A stretch of 64,000 nt of DNA from Hemiscyllium ocellatum (taxonomy: Eukaryota), in contig NC_083428.1 in NCBI RefSeq assembly GCF_020745735.1, positions 39,804,001 through 39,868,000 on the forward strand, given 5' to 3'. Positions 12,191 through 26,309 of the stretch are shown here, piece after piece; the stretch's first letter is position 1; every line of letters begins with the position of its first letter. The position numbers and the translations under genes were made by a program. The notes below the pieces were generated by a model, which was not told the DNA's origin, made no database searches, and worked only from the letters and a program-made list of their open reading frames with translations.

Positions 12191-12507
12191 ATTAGATTAG
12201 ATTAGATTACTTACAGTGTGGAAACAGGCCCTTCGGCCCAACAAGTCCACACCGACCCGCCGAAGCGCAACCCACCCATACCCCTACATTTACCCCTTAC
12301 CTAACACTACGGGCAATTTAGCATGGCCAATTCACCTGACCCGCACATCTTTGGACTGTGGGAGGAAACCGGAGCATCCGGAGGAAACCCACACAGACAC
12401 GGGGAGAACGTGCAAACTCCACACAGTCAGTCGCCTGAGGCGGGAATTGAACCCAGGTCTCTGGCGCTGTGAGACAGCAGTGCTAACCACTGTGCCACCA
12501 TGCCGCC
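12191..12507 (-). mobile_element. Complete HE1-type tRNA-derived SINE
   Basis: GGCGGCATGGTGGCACAGTGGTTAGCA (A box), GGTTCAATTCC (B box), V-domain, (TAATC)n tail. Confidence 0.92.
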
Positions 12508-13109
12508 AAATATCTCAGAGGAAGCTGCAAAGGATCTTGGCATTGGAAGGGGAAGAAGCAAATGTCATGGTATAAATCATGTCAAAACTGATGACATTAG
12601 AAGGAACAGAGACCAAGGTTCCTATGAATATGTATCAGGAGCTAAGCCAAGCACAACCTTTATGATCATGCTCACTCAATTACTACATAATACATGGACT
12701 CTGGTTATCAAATCTGACTTAAAAGTTCGATGCAAAGCTTAAAGATTGCTGTAGCTAGAAGAGGTTAATTATTTGGGACATTGGCTCCGCAGCTGGGATC
12801 ACAGAAAGTGTACACCCCGTAGGGGCTGTATCTGAGAGAGGCTGTGACTAACACTCCAGTGGAAATCATATGTAGGACTGCAGAAAGAACTTTAAATCAA
12901 CAAAGAAGCAATAGGTTTGATAGGAGTAATTGTAGAAATAATCTTCAGAAGCAAAAGAATCTTAAAGATAAGAGACAGAAAGGATAAGAGCGAAGGTCAG
13001 AGTACAGAGAGTGATAAAGATAATAGAAGTAATTTTGTTTACAGAGAAGGGTTCCTGGAATTAAAAATAAAATGATGAAATATATGAATATATTTGATTA
13101 GATAATTGT

Positions 13110-14030
13110 GCATGGCCAGTCCACCTTTTTAAGAAAGATAAGTGAGGGACACTACAAACTATTTATCCTGTTACTTTAACACATTGTTAAGGAAATTCTT
13201 CATCTATAATTAGTTTGTAAGGATGGTTGACCAGATCTTGCAAATCTTCAGCTGATCAGAGAGTCAGCATGAATTTGGAAAGGGTAGGTCAGACTTAGTG
13301 GATCTGGTTTGTTTGAAGTGGCAACTAATGCAATGGATAGCGGAATGCCCATAAGATATTTTATAGGAACTTGCAAGGAATTTGGTTAAAATCCTTCAAG
13401 TAACCATTAGGTAAAACTGAAGCTCATGGAATTGAGGTAAATTATTGACTTGGTCATAAATTTTAAGGGGCATGAGTTAGGCTGGATAGATACTCAGCAG
13501 GTACACTGTAATGGACAGGATGTGATTAGTGGTATCCTGGAAAGATCTGTGCTTGGTTTCAACTGTTACTGCATTTATCAATGACTAAAATGTTTGATAA
13601 CTTCATAACCAATTGTGTCAATGTCACAACAATTAACAATAATGTGGGCATTTGTAAATTAAAGCATAAAATTAGTAAGAGACATTGATAATTAAAGTGA
13701 ATGGACAAAACTGTAAGCATAGATAAATACGAAGTCAGGAATGGATAGATCATTATGCTTTCTAAGTAGTGAAATGATACAAACAGTAGAGGCCTAAAGA
13801 AGTTTTGAGAGCTGAAGGCCAGGTATACAGATCATTAAAGTGTCATGAATGGGTACAGGAAGTAATCTAAAGTTGATTGATTATATCTAGAAGGCTAAAA
13901 TACAAGGAAATAGACCCCATGCTTCAGCTAGTCAAAAGCTTGGTTAGTCAGAGTTAGGTCAGAGATCAGTCACATTCTCATTGAATAGCAGTGAAACAGG
14001 GTTGAGGGGTTAAATGCCCTGCACCTGTTC
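13110..14030 (+). mobile_element. Degenerate CR1 ORF2 fragment
   Basis: Recognisable but stop-ridden RT-region sequence (YKTIYP, KIL...PLGK). Confidence 0.55.
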
Positions 14031-14050
14031 CCTTTTTTCCACTTTTTATA

Positions 14051-14182
14051 GGTCAAAACAATGACTGTAGATGCTGGAAACCAGATTCTGGATGAGAGGT
14101 GCTGGAAAAGCACAGCATGTTCAGGCAGCATCCGAGGAGCAGTAAAATCGACGTTTCAGGCAAAAGCCCTTCATCAGGAATA
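14051..14182 (-). mobile_element. Single Penelope-like terminal repeat with hammerhead core
   Basis: Minus strand CUGAUGA-A-GGGC-uuuu-GCCU-GAAAC-GUC; flanked by CACTTTTT(T)ATA direct repeats at ~14040 and ~14183. Confidence 0.7.
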
Positions 14183-15039
14183 CACTTTTTTATATACAGG
14201 AATTGCTAATTATAAAAGCAAGAAAAATGTGATTAATTGTGTGTATGAGGAAAGGCACACTGCCAGATGGTTGAGGCAGAATGGGTCAGGAACCTAAACA
14301 ACTTGCATGGTGCCTCTCATGACATCATGTCCTACTGTGTGTTTTGGCCAAATCCTAACCTTTTTTGAAGTGAGGTTATTATTATAATAAAAGAAGCTCA
14401 GGAGTCAATTTCCTTAGATTCGTCAAAGTTCCTTAAAACAGCCATTTGTTACTGACCAGATGATTTTTGTTAATTGTTATAGATGGAAGCATTCTCTGAG
14501 TTGCTTTTTGAGACAGTGTCATTTACTTTGTTTACGTGCCACCGTGAAACATTACGAATTCTCTGGTATGAAGTGGTTGCAGACATAACTCAGCTTTAAA
14601 ATTCCATAATCTTTAGCAGAAACACATTATTTATATTGTTTGGAGGGAAAGTGTTGACTAGGACACCAGGAATTTTGAATTTTTTTGAACAAGTACAACA
14701 GGATCTTTTGGGTTTCGTTTTGATATCTTGTTTTAGTATGATATCTCCTCCAGAAGATATCAAGCAATGTAACATTTCTTCGGTGCTAGCAAGTCCAGCC
14801 AGGCCATGTACCTTCAGTGCTGCCATTTAGAGGAGGCCATGGTTTAATAGCAAGATGAGAGGCAACAAAGACACGGATAAAGGTTTCTGCAGCAGTTGAG
14901 CTAAGGAATTGAATGGTATTATTGAGGTGGAAATAGGTGTTTCTAGGGATAGAATGTATGCGTTTGAAAGCTCAATTGTGACCCCCGAAGTTGCAAACAA
15001 TCTAGTTCGGTCTCAAACAGTTGTCAGGGAAAGGGATTT

Positions 15040-15230
15040 GTAGTGATTGTAATGAGATCAGCTAGCTAGACCACATAGAATATGAGTTAGTTGATTAGAG
15101 TTGTTAATCTCGTTAACAGATATGAAGGGTGGGTGTCAGAGATACTGTCACTCTGGCTTCTGACTCTGGATGAGGCAGTATTATAGTCAAGCACTGTTCA
15201 TATGTAAATACAAAGGTGGCTTGGTCATAG
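15040..15230 (+). mobile_element. Gypsy solo-LTR remnant
   Basis: TGTAGTGATTGTAATGAG start shared with 20586 and 23953. Confidence 0.55.
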
Positions 15231-15439
15231 TGTTACAGAGTCATACAGCACGGAAACAAGCCCTTCGGTCCAACCAGTCCATGCCGAACACAATCCCAAA
15301 TTAAACTAGTCCAACCTGCCTGCTCCTGGCCCATATCCATCCAAACCTTTCCTATTCATGTACTCATCCAAATGTCTTTTAATCATTGTAATAGTACCCA
15401 AATCCACCAGGAGTGATGTGGAGGAGCCGGTGTTGGCTA

Positions 15440-15770
15440 GGTTTAGATAGAATTCCCTACACTGCAGAAACAGGCCCTTCGGCCCAACAAGTGCACACCA
15501 ACCCTCCAAAGAGTAACCCACCCAGACCCATTTCCCTCTGACTAATGCATCTAACACTATGGGCCATTTAGCATGGCCAATTCATCTGACCGGCACATCT
15601 TTGGACTGTGGGAGGAAACTGGAGCACACGAAGGAAACCGATGCAGACACGGGGAGAATGTGCAAACTCCACACAGACAGTTACCCAAGGCTGGAATCAA
15701 ACCTGGGTACTTGTGTCCCTGGTGCTGTGAGGCACCAGTGCTAACCACTGAGCCACCATGCCGCCCCACC
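15440..15770 (-). mobile_element. HE1-type SINE
   Basis: Same A/B boxes and body as 12191-12507. Confidence 0.85.
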
Positions 15771-16189
15771 CCCCCACCGAGCCACCATGGACAAAATTAA
15801 AAATCATAAAACACCTGGTTAAAGTCCAATAGGTTTATTTTGAAGGAGCAGCGCTCTGAAAGCTAGTGCTTCCAAATAAACCTGCTGGACTATAACCTGG
15901 TGTTATGTGATTTTTAACTTCCTTAGGAAGTTCATTCCATATACGAACCACCCTCTGTGTAAAAGGTTTACCTCTCATGTCTTTTTTAAATCTGCCTCCT
16001 CTCATCTTAGTCTTGAAACTACCCACTCTGGGGAAAGGACAACAACGATTAGAATAGAATTTACCATAGAATACCTACTGTGTGGAAACAGACCATTTGG
16101 CCTAACAAGTCCACACAGACCCTCTGAAGAGTATCCCACCCTGGCCCATCCCCCTATCCTATCACCCTGTATCACCCTATAAGATTTGT

Positions 16190-17350
16190 GGAACAGTCCA
16201 TCTTCTGCAGTAACGCCCACACCACCCCCCACCTATTCCTCCACTCCATCGATGACTGTATCAGCACATCTGTTCCCAGGATGACCAATTCCACCTCAGA
16301 AAGTCCCAGATAGTGTCCTTCTTCCACGATCGCAACTTCCATTACCATGTGGTTGACGATGCCCTCCAGTGCATCTCCTCCACTTCCCACGCACCGCTGC
16401 CCTTGAACCCCGCCCCTCCCAATACAACAAGGACAGAACACCCCCATGGTCCTCACCTTCCACCCCACCAACCTCCATATATAATGCATAATCCACCTCC
16501 AAACGGACCCCACCACCAGAGATCTATTTCCCTCCCCATCCCTCTCAGCATTCCAAAAGACCATTCCCTCTGTGACTCCCTTGTCAGGTCCACCTCCCCC
16601 ACCAGCCCACACCCCACTACTGGTAACTTTCCCTGCTACCACAGGAAGTGCAAAGCCTGTGCCCACACCCCCCCTCCACCTCTGTCCAAGACCCCAAGGG
16701 ATCCTTCCACATCCATCAGAAATTCACATGCACCTTTCCCAATGTCATCTACTGCATCTGTTGCACCCAGTATGGTCTCCTCTATGTCGGGGAGACAGGA
16801 CACCTTCATGCAGATTGTTTCAGAGAACACCCGTACCCACCAACCTCACTGCCCCATGGCTGAACACTTCGACTCCCACCACCTACCCCCCCCCCAACTC
16901 CGTCAAGGACATGCAGGTCCTGGGCCTCCTCTACCTCCAAACGTTACCACCTAACATCTGGAGGAGGAACGCTTCATATTCTGTCTTGGAACCATGCAAC
17001 CACACAGAATAAATGTGTATTTCAACAGCTTCCTCATTTCCCCTCTCCCCACATTATCCCAGTCCCAAACCTCCAACTTGGCACTGACCTCCGGACCTGT
17101 CCATCACTGTCCCTTCTGACCTATCACCTTTTCCCTCAGCTTTATCCACATATCGCTTTCCCAGCCACCTCCCCTCAATCCCACCCCCTCCCATTTATCT
17201 CTCAGCCCTGACCTACAAGCCTCAATCCTAAATCCTTATGCCCGAAACATTGATTCCCCTGCTCCTCAGATACTGCCTGACCGGCTGTGTTTTTCCAGTA
17301 CCGCACTCTCGACTCTGATCTCCAGCATCTGCAGTCTTCACTTTCTCCTA
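16190..17350 (+). mobile_element. Penelope-like element 3' part (RT thumb, GIY-YIG endonuclease, terminal repeat)
   Basis: ORF 16648-16863 CTFPNVIYCICCTQYGLLYVGETG (GIY-YIG), MAEHF motif; ends CAGTCTTCACTTTCTCC. Confidence 0.85.
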
Positions 17351-17489
17351 GAGGACTCACCAATGTCCTGTACAACCTCAACATGACTTCCCAACCCCTG
17401 TACTCGAAGGACTGAACTGGCGACAAGAGTAAAGCATGATCCTGAAGAAACTCACTCACTCATAACAGTCATCTTTGAGTTGGAGTAAG

Positions 17490-18600
17490 CATTTCTTATG
17501 CTTTTTTTGGGAAGCGTGACTAGTCCAACTCTGCCATTGAGGCCTGGGCCCAGTATGTAGAAAGAATGCATTATTTTTTCCAGGCAAATGATATTGTGGC
17601 AGATGAAAAACAACAGGTAATTTTCCCGAAAAGCTGCAGCCTTTCTGTTCCAGGAGCCTACTTTTTCCTAAGACATCAGATACTAAAACATTTCAAGAAT
17701 TGACTGACATAGTTAAGGAATATTGCGACCCCATACCTCCTCTAATTTTGAGATGCTATTGCTTTTACTCAGCAATTCAAGAACCAGGGAATCTGTATGG
17801 AATTTCTTTTACTAGATCAAGGTGACTGACAGAAGACTGAACTTGGTTTAACCCTTAATAAGATGCTGAGAGACCATATGGTATGTGGGATTAATAGTCT
17901 GACTGTACAAAAACGCATGCTGGTTGATGCCCAACTGGACTTCAAACAGGCGCTACAACTGCCTTTATTATTGGAAAATGCTGCAAGTGGAGCATACATG
18001 TTGCAGGGTATTCTGATGGAAGTGGACACTCTCGCCAGTTCAGTTGAGCTTGGAGAACACCACTTGAGTGCAAGCAATTGCATATCCTTGCCCAAGACAT
18101 AACAATGTACGTCCACAGCGAAACCTCAAAAAACCCCAAGGTTAGGCCAAATGGTTAAAATTTCCCTCAGAATCTTGGTCGGCAAGGCATTGTAGTTGTT
18201 GCCAGTATGCATTCTTGAGACAGAAAAGAGTTCTACTTAACATAAATTAAGTTAGATAACTCTTAGGCTTGTATTCAGGAGAGTTCATACCGTGGAAAGT
18301 CCATCTACATCTGGTTTGGAACAGTTAAAATGCTGAGCAACATCAAAATCAAAACCAAACAAAGTCAATGTCTGGTTAAATGGTTATCCAATTCTAATGG
18401 AGTTGGTACTGGCACGGCCATATCACTGTTTGCAGAACAAGTTTTGAATAAAAATGTGCCTGACTTCCTTTACTTATGCACAAAACCTCAGCTAGGCTGA
18501 GAACCTATACCAGGGAACCTTTACAGATTAAGAGTACATCTTCAATTCTGATGTCTTAAGAAAAGCAGCTGGTTCAGTTACCAATGATTGTAGTAAAAGT
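17490..18600 (+). mobile_element. Gypsy LTR-retrotransposon gag/protease remnant
   Basis: EAWAQYVERM..FFQAND; ORF 17863-18102 LRDHMVCGIN...LDFKQAL. Confidence 0.7.
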
Positions 18601-18914
18601 GACTACACTGATGAAGACGCTACGCTGCAAAAGCTTGTGATTTCAAATAAACCTGGTGGACTATAACCTGGTGTCGTGTGACTTCTCACCTGCATGTTGA
18701 CCAGATAGCCATTCAATGATTCTGCAAGGCTTTCCCACTGTCATTTGCCTAGTGGGCAAAAGTAGTGACAGAAATCAGAAGGCTGGAAAGTGAAGGAATC
18801 ATCAAACCAATATCGTTTGTGGAATGGGCAGCAGTGGTGGTATTGCAATGGAAGAGTCTGTAATGATGTTAAATTTTATGTACACGCTGGCAGTCTGGCT
18901 AACAATATCAGACT

Positions 18915-19272
18915 TTGAATCATAGAATCCCTACAGTGTGGAAACAGGCCAGTGGCTCAACAAGCCCACACCGACCCTCCGAAGAGTAACCCAACCAGAC
19001 CTATTCCTCTACCCTGTTACTCTACATTTACCCCTGACTGATGCACCTAGCCTACACATTCCTGAACCTATGGGAAATTTAACATGGCCAATTCATCTAG
19101 CCTGCACATCTTTTGATTCTGAGAGGAAACCAGAGCCCCTGGAGAAAACCCACACAGACTCGGAGAGAATGTGCAAACTCCACACAGACAGTCGTCTGAT
19201 CCTGGAATTGAAACCGGGTCACTGGTGCTGTGAGGCTGCAGTGCTGACCACTCAGCCACTGTGCCACCCAAA
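18915..19272 (-). mobile_element. HE1-type SINE inserted in Gypsy remnant
   Basis: GGGTGGCACAGTGGCTGAGTGG A box, GGTTTCAATTCC B box, CR1-like tail. Confidence 0.85.
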
Positions 19273-19489
19273 ACATAGAAAGATCCAGACATTTACAAAC
19301 TAAAATAACCAGTATTGACTGGGGAAACCAAAGGGCCATCACAACTATAATTGAAACCTTTTTGGACCCGGAGAAACCAGCTCATGGTGGAGGATGGTAT
19401 ATTTTTATGGGGAGCAAGAGTGATTGTCCTATGTAAAGTTTACTATTAAACACTGGCTGAACTCCACCAGGGCCGTCCAGGGATCTTTA

Positions 19490-20620
19490 AAATGAAGATG
19501 TTGGCGAGAAATTATAACTGGATGCTAACATGGCCACATTGGGGGGTAGTTCCCTGAATGACAACAAGGACAAAGGTTACTGCCTGGAACACCCGCACAT
19601 ACATACGAATGGCTGGGTAAACAAACTATGCAGATCCTTCATGGGTTCAATGATCTTAGTCATTGTAGATGCCCAATCAAAGTGGTTGGATCCACATAGG
19701 GTCCATTCATCAAACACTGAGATGATGATAGAAAAGCTGTGCGCATCTGTCCCGGAAGTGCTGGTTAAAGATAAAGCCATCATTTACCAGCAGGATATTT
19801 AGGTATTTCTTAAAGTCAAATGGGGTTCTACATATTAGAACAGCTGCATAACACCCATCATCCAACAGCTTGGCAGAAAGAGCAATCCAAGCTTTAAAGG
19901 CTGGATTGTGAAAATAGTCTCCAGCCTTGCTGGATACCAAGCTGTCGAAGTTTATGTTTAATTAAAGGACCACCCCTCATGCAATCACAGGAATAGGACT
20001 GACAAAGCTGCTCATGAGTAGAAGATTCCACACCAGGTTAACTCTGATCTTCCTGGACCTGGAGTGGAGGGTGAAACAGCATCAGGAACATCAACGGCAG
20101 ACACAAGACTCTGCCAAGAAAAAGAGACAGTTTGATACAGCGGGTGAAGTTTGGTGTAAAAATCACGGAAACAGCCCTGCATGAGTAAGAGGCATGGTCG
20201 ATGTGAGGTCAGGACCGGTGACGTATAAAGTTCAGGTGGGGTGATAGTCCTGAATAAGCATAGGGCCACATGAGGGCTGTGAATTCTCAAACGGTGGAGG
20301 ACCAAAACGTGCCCTGCCCCTCAGAACTATCAGAAATGCTGCCAGAACCTCCAGGTTCACCCTCTCCATCAAACATTGTTGAGTCTCCTCAGAGATGGAC
20401 ATGATGGAAGTAGCCATCTCATTGCCTTTGCTATCAGAAGAAGAGAATTAAATTCTACAGAGGCTCTCCTGGCACAAGAAGTGAGCTCCCGTGTGTTACA
20501 TGTTGGAAGCCAAGTCAGAGGAAACTGACCCGATGCTAAAATACCCCAGGAGGTCCTCCAAGCAAAAGGAACGGGAGGGAGGAATGCAGTGATTGTAATG
20601 AGGTCACACATCCCATCTGC
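19490..20620 (+). mobile_element. Gypsy integrase remnant with 3' LTR start
   Basis: FMGSMILVIVDAQSKWLD (integrase core); purine-rich tract then TGCAGTGATTGTAATGAGGTCA at ~20586. Confidence 0.75.
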
Positions 20621-21129
20621 CACCGGGAGAAATAGCCTGGGGCAAGGATGGATCTGGGATCAACACACTGGCTGGCAGTGCAAAATTCCAACCTGTGTGA
20701 TTCCATCCCCATCCCTGGCAGTGCCTGAATGTTCGACCTGAAGTTCAAGGGCAAAATTAACAAACCAAAGTTTGTTTATCAAAGTCTAATTTCAAAAGGA
20801 CGAGACATTAATTGATCACCGTAAACTGAGCTGAACTGGTAAGGAGTAAATCTAATGGGAGAAACACACAGTGAGAAGTATTTGTTAGAATCCAAGGCAA
20901 ATATATCCTCCTAAAAGGCAAAAGGTTTACGTGTATAGTTAAGCAACTATGGTTAACACATTAGGCAAGAGACAGTTTCAGGGTGAACAAAAGGCCGACA
21001 TAAATGCAGGGAAAATTAAAATCCAGTGGACGAGCGGAGCTCGAAAAGGCAACAATAGGATCCACAAAGTAGTAAGAGATGCAAAAATAATTTGAGAGAA
21101 CGCACATAGTACATGAAAACTGACAAAGA

Positions 21130-22160
21130 CTTTTAAAAAATATATTTTTATTGAAAAATAGATTTGTTTGTATTTTAATAACAAATACAAAACAATACAA
21201 AGAAAGACCACAAAAAATTTAAAAATCCAAACTGTTGTCATGCACAAATGTATAAATATATATAAAAAATATTAAAAATTCCAAACTAACTACTTAACTA
21301 AATAAATAGTAACTAACAACAAACTAATAAATAATAATAATATAGCTCACCAAAACAAAACACTAACTCTTGAATATCGAGAGCATTAATTTTCAAATAT
21401 TCATACATTCGCAATTCCCACTCCTTGGATATTGGACTCATAAAGCACAATCGTTATGGCTATATAAAAGCCCTTATTAGTATGGCAGACAAACCTGTGT
21501 CCAGGTAGTCCAAAAAGGGCCGCCATGTCTTATGGAAATTCTCAGTTTTGTGGTGTACTGTACTTGTAAGAAAATCAAAGGGGATATACTCCATAACAAT
21601 CTTACACCAACCTAACAGGCCTGGAGGATTTTCAAAGACCCAACCTAACAAGATATTCTTTTTGCGCAGAAAGTGAGGATGTTCAAAAGTTTTCTCTTAT
21701 GTGCATCTACAGGGAACAGGCCAAGAAGAAGAGAAATTGGGTCCTTCTCCACCCTTACACCCAAAATCTCCTCCATTGCACCTGGCACAACGCAGGTATG
21801 TTTGAAGTCTGCCACAGGACCAGAGACAATGGGTAAGAGTGCCCGTACTAACTTTACACTTGGGGCATGTTGTGAAGATACTCCTGGTTTAAATTTTGAC
21901 AAATGATCCAGAGCCAAGTGGACCCTGTGGAGAATCTTCAACTGTAAAGCATGGGTCCTAGTGCAAATTGATACCTTTTTTGTGTTCTCCCAAATATCTC
22001 CCCATGTCTCTGAGGAGATTTCAACACCCAGCTCTCTCTCCCACACCCTGCAAAGCCAATCAAACTCACCTGAGAGTTTGCCCCCCACTTGAGGAAAGAT
22101 AGAAAGATTTTTAATACATCTATTAAGAGAAAGGCATGGTAATTCGGATGAGAAGGACAT
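21130..22160 (-). mobile_element. L1-clade LINE ORF2 C-terminal fragment and T-rich 3' UTR
   Basis: ORF 21645-22160 WERELGVEIS.ETW..IW...LQLKILHR, typical of fish-type L1 C-terminus. Confidence 0.75.
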
Positions 22161-22394
22161 TAAAGTCAGATGCAGATGATACTGTAATGCATAATAAAAA
22201 ATTGAATGACTTGTTATATGAGGTAATTTGCTTTTCTACAGAAGACTAAACATCCACTTTACAATGTAATGTTTAAAAATTCCTAATGAAGAATTCAAAC
22301 CATTTAATGTAGATTAAGAAATGTTAATATAGAAAATCAGTTAAACAGATCTCAAGTGACTGATACTTTGTTCACCAGGTTATTTAAAGAAACA

Positions 22395-23515
22395 CATAGA
22401 ACATAGAACATTACAGCGCAGTACAGGCCCTTCGGCCCTCGATGTTGTGCCACCCTGTCTTACTAATCTGAAGCCCACCAATTAACACTATTTCATTTAC
22501 ATCCATATGCCTGTCCAATGAAGACTTAAATGAACTTAAACTTGGTGAATCTACTACCGTTGCAAGCAATGCATTCCATACCCTTACTACTCTCTGAGTA
22601 AAGAAACTACCTCTGATATCTGTCTTATACCTATCTCCCCTCACTTTAAAGCTGTGTCCCCTCGTGTTTGCCTTCCCCATGCTTGGAAAAAGGCTCTTCC
22701 TGTCCACCCTATCTGACCCTCTGATTATCTTGGATGTCTCTATTAAGTCACCTCTCAACCTTCTTCTCTCTAGTGAGAACAGCCTCAAGGCCCTCAGCCT
22801 TTCCTCGTAAGACATTCCCTCCATACCAGGCAACATCTAGTAAATCTCCTCTGCACCCTTTCCAAAGCTTCAACATCCTTCTTATAATGCGGTGACCAGA
22901 ACTGTACACAATATTCCAAGTGTGGCCGTACCAGAGCTTTGTACAGCTGCAGCATTAGCTCCTGGTTCCGGAACTCAATCCCTCTATTAATAAAGGCCAA
23001 AACACTGTATTCCTCCTTAACAACCTGTCAATGTGGGTGGCAACTTTCAGGGATCTGTGTACATGGACACCAAGATCCCTCTGCTCATCCGCACTCCCTA
23101 GAATCGTACCATTAGTCCAGTACGCTGCGGTTTGAGTACTCTGTCCAAAGTGTATCACCTCACACTTGTCCACATTAAATTCCATTTGCCACCTCTCAGC
23201 CCAGCTCTGCATCCTATCTATGTCTCTCTGCAACCTACTACATCCTTCATCACTATCCACAACTCCACTTACCTTAATGTCGTCCGCAGATTTGCTAACC
23301 TACCTTTCTATTCCCTCATCCAGGTCATTTATAAAAATGACGAACAGCAGTGGACCTAACACTGACCCTTGTGGTACGCTGCTAGTAACTGGACACCAAG
23401 ATAAACATGTTCCAGCAAGTACAACCCTCTGTTTTCTTTCAGTAAGCCAATTACTTATCCAAACTGCTATGTCTCCCACAATCCCATTCCTCCGCATTTT
23501 GTATAATAGCCTACT
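22395..23515 (-). mobile_element. CR1 LINE 3' 1.1 kb
   Basis: ORFs 23300-23497 (VPQGSVLGP), 22955-23260, 22794-23000, 22411-22836; ACATAGA tandem tail. Confidence 0.9.
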
Positions 23516-23952
23516 GAGAAATTTGCAACTGTATTTGTTATAACTCTAACCTGCTGGAGCTAATATGTATCTTTTTCAGGATATTGTGACCTCTCTCACT
23601 GGATCTTTTAGCATTCCTGCCACCCACACACCATATTCTGCAGAGAGGACTAGTAATCTGGAACTCCCACCATGGTAAGTCAGGTTTTTGCTTTTCCCTC
23701 TCCATTTCAATAACTTGGAATAGAATGGAGGGGAGTTGCTTCCCAAGTGTCAAGACATGGGAAGAAGCCAGGTTGAGGTTGGGTAGTGAAGTGGAGGTGG
23801 GACCGATGATGCTGTCATCATGGTACAACAAGGGAGGCCCACAAAGGAAGGGGAAAGTAAAATTATTGTCAAAGACTCGAAATCACGACAGCCGAGGAAT
23901 GAGGACAGTATTTTCCCTGATATTCCAGATGATGAAGAATGTGACACAAGAC

Positions 23953-24200
23953 TGTGGTGATTGTAATGAGGTCAGCCAGCTGGACCTCATAGAATATGAG
24001 TTCCCTGATTGAGGCTGTTATTCTCATCTAATCAGAGAGCCCTTGGCTGACACATCAAAAGACTGTCACTGATATTGACAGTCTGATGCCTGACTCTGTA
24101 TGAGGCAGCACTGAGGCAAGGACTGTTCATGTGTAAACAAAGGGAGACTTAGTGTTGGGATGCCAGCCTCTGTGGAACTACATACATGCTAAGCAGTGGG
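23953..24200 (+). mobile_element. Gypsy solo LTR
   Basis: TGTGGTGATTGTAATGAGGTCAGCCAG...; homologous to 15040-15230. Confidence 0.6.
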
Positions 24201-25309
24201 AGCAGCAAAGGTTTTCCAGTAACCTTACAGCACTGTCATTACCTGATAATGTAGAATATTACTCAAATATGTCTGAACCATAAAAATCAAGACAAGTTCA
24301 ATCCAGCCAATTACCAAAAGACACAAAAGCAATTCAGTCCTTTAAGCCTGGCCTGTCATTCAGTGCGATCATAGTAGATGTCGTCTTGGCCTCAAGTCCA
24401 CTTCCCTACCACTCTACATAATGCTTCAACCCATTCCTGATGAAAAGTCTGTATCTCTCCCCATTCAATTTACTAAATATCCCAGTATCCACCACACTGC
24501 GAGGTTGTGAATTCCATAGATTCACGACCTTTCGATCGAAGTAATTTCTCCTCATCCTTGTCTTAAATCTGCTACCTTAAATCATAGATTATGACCTCTC
24601 ATTCTAGATTGTCCCATTATAGGAAACGTACTCTGTACATCTATTTCATCAATCCCTTTTAGCATCTGATGAAACACAATTATATCTCCTCTCGTTCTTT
24701 TAAGCTCCAGGGAGTATAGGCTGAAACTATTCAATATGTCTTTATAAGACAAGCCTCTGGAATGAATCTAGTGAACCTTCTCTGAACTGCCTCAATGCAA
24801 TGACATCCTTTCTCAAGTAAGTTAAAATTTGCACAGCACCAGGTTAAAGTCCAACAAGTTTATTTAGAAGTACTAGCTTTCAGAGTGCTGCTCCTTCATC
24901 AGGTAGCTGTGGAGCAGGATCATAAGATACAGAATTTATAGCAAAAGATTACAGTGTCATGCAACTGAAATGATTAATTGAACAAACCTAGATTGCTGTT
25001 AAGATTTCATCTTTTAGAATGGTTTGCAGTTTTTGGTTCATTAATATGTATGGTACATTGATGAGACCAAGCAGACGTTACAACAACGGATGATTGGACT
25101 CTGTGCAACAATCGCCAGACAGAGATGTTCCCTTCCAGTTGGGGAACACCTCAGTGGTCAGGAACATTCGGGTTCGGATCTTCACGTGCCCATCCTCCAA
25201 GGTGGACTTCGGGGTACACAACAAAGCAGAGGCTGATAGCCAAGTTAGGTACCCATGAGGATGGCCTCAACTGGGACTTTGGGTTCATGTCACACTACAG
25301 GTGACTCCA

Positions 25310-25560
25310 ACACTCTATAACACTCGCTCTCTCTCTCTTTCTCACACACACACTCTTACATACTCACACACTCATGCAGACCTCTCTCATACACATGCTC
25401 TCTCTCATATACACACACACATATACACACCCCACACTCACATCCACGCATACACCCTCTCACAGCTTATACTCCGTCACACTCACACACACAAACACAC
25501 ATTCTCACACGCACACACTCACACTCCTTTCTCTCATGCACGGACACTCATACATAAGTC
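25310..25560. repeat. CA/CT-rich imperfect microsatellite
   Basis: Runs of CACACA/CTCTCT. Confidence 0.85.
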
Positions 25561-25902
25561 TATGAGGTGAATTCACATTTGCAGAATTGTATTTGCAGAA
25601 ACATTCTACTTTGCTTTAAAAGCACACAATCTGCAGACAGTCCATCCTTGTAACAATTATAAATGACTACTGTGAAAATAGAACCAATTTGACTCAAGCT
25701 TGGCATACAGACAGACTCTAATCTCATATCTTTAATGCATTGCCTGAGCTGAGATGTCAGCGTTTTTTAAATAAAACCTTAAGTTATCTTGGGAATGTGA
25801 CTTGAAAGAAGTTCTGGGATTTACATATTAATGAACTGAAACCTGCAACCCATTCTAAAAGATGAAAGATTTAACAGTAATCTAGGTTTGTTCAATATAT
25901 TG

Positions 25903-26121
25903 GAGTAAAAAGTGAGGTCTGCAGATGCTGGAGATCAGAGTTGAAAATGTGTTGCTGGTTAAAGCACAGCAGGTTAGGCAGCATCCAAGGAACAGGAAAT
26001 TCGACGTTTCGGGCCAGAGCCCTTCATTCCTGATGAAGGGCTCTGGCCCAAAACGTCGAATTTCCTGTTCCTTGGATGCTGCCTAACCTGCTGTGCTTTA
26101 ACCAGCAACACATTTTCAGCC
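25903..26121 (+). mobile_element. Fold-back Penelope-like terminal repeat
   Basis: Inverted arms centred ~26028; exact 15-bp TSD TTGTTCAATATATTG 25888-25902 / 26122-26136. Confidence 0.9.
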
Positions 26122-26309
26122 TTGTTCAATATATTGTTTCAGTTGCATGACACTATAATCTTTTGCTATAAATTCTGTGCCTTATGATCCTGCACCACAG
26201 CTACCTAATGAAGGAGCAGCACTCTGAAAGGTAGTACTTCCACATACATTTGTTGCACTATAACCTGATGTTGTGTGATGTTTAATTTTGTCCACCCCAG
26301 TCCAACACC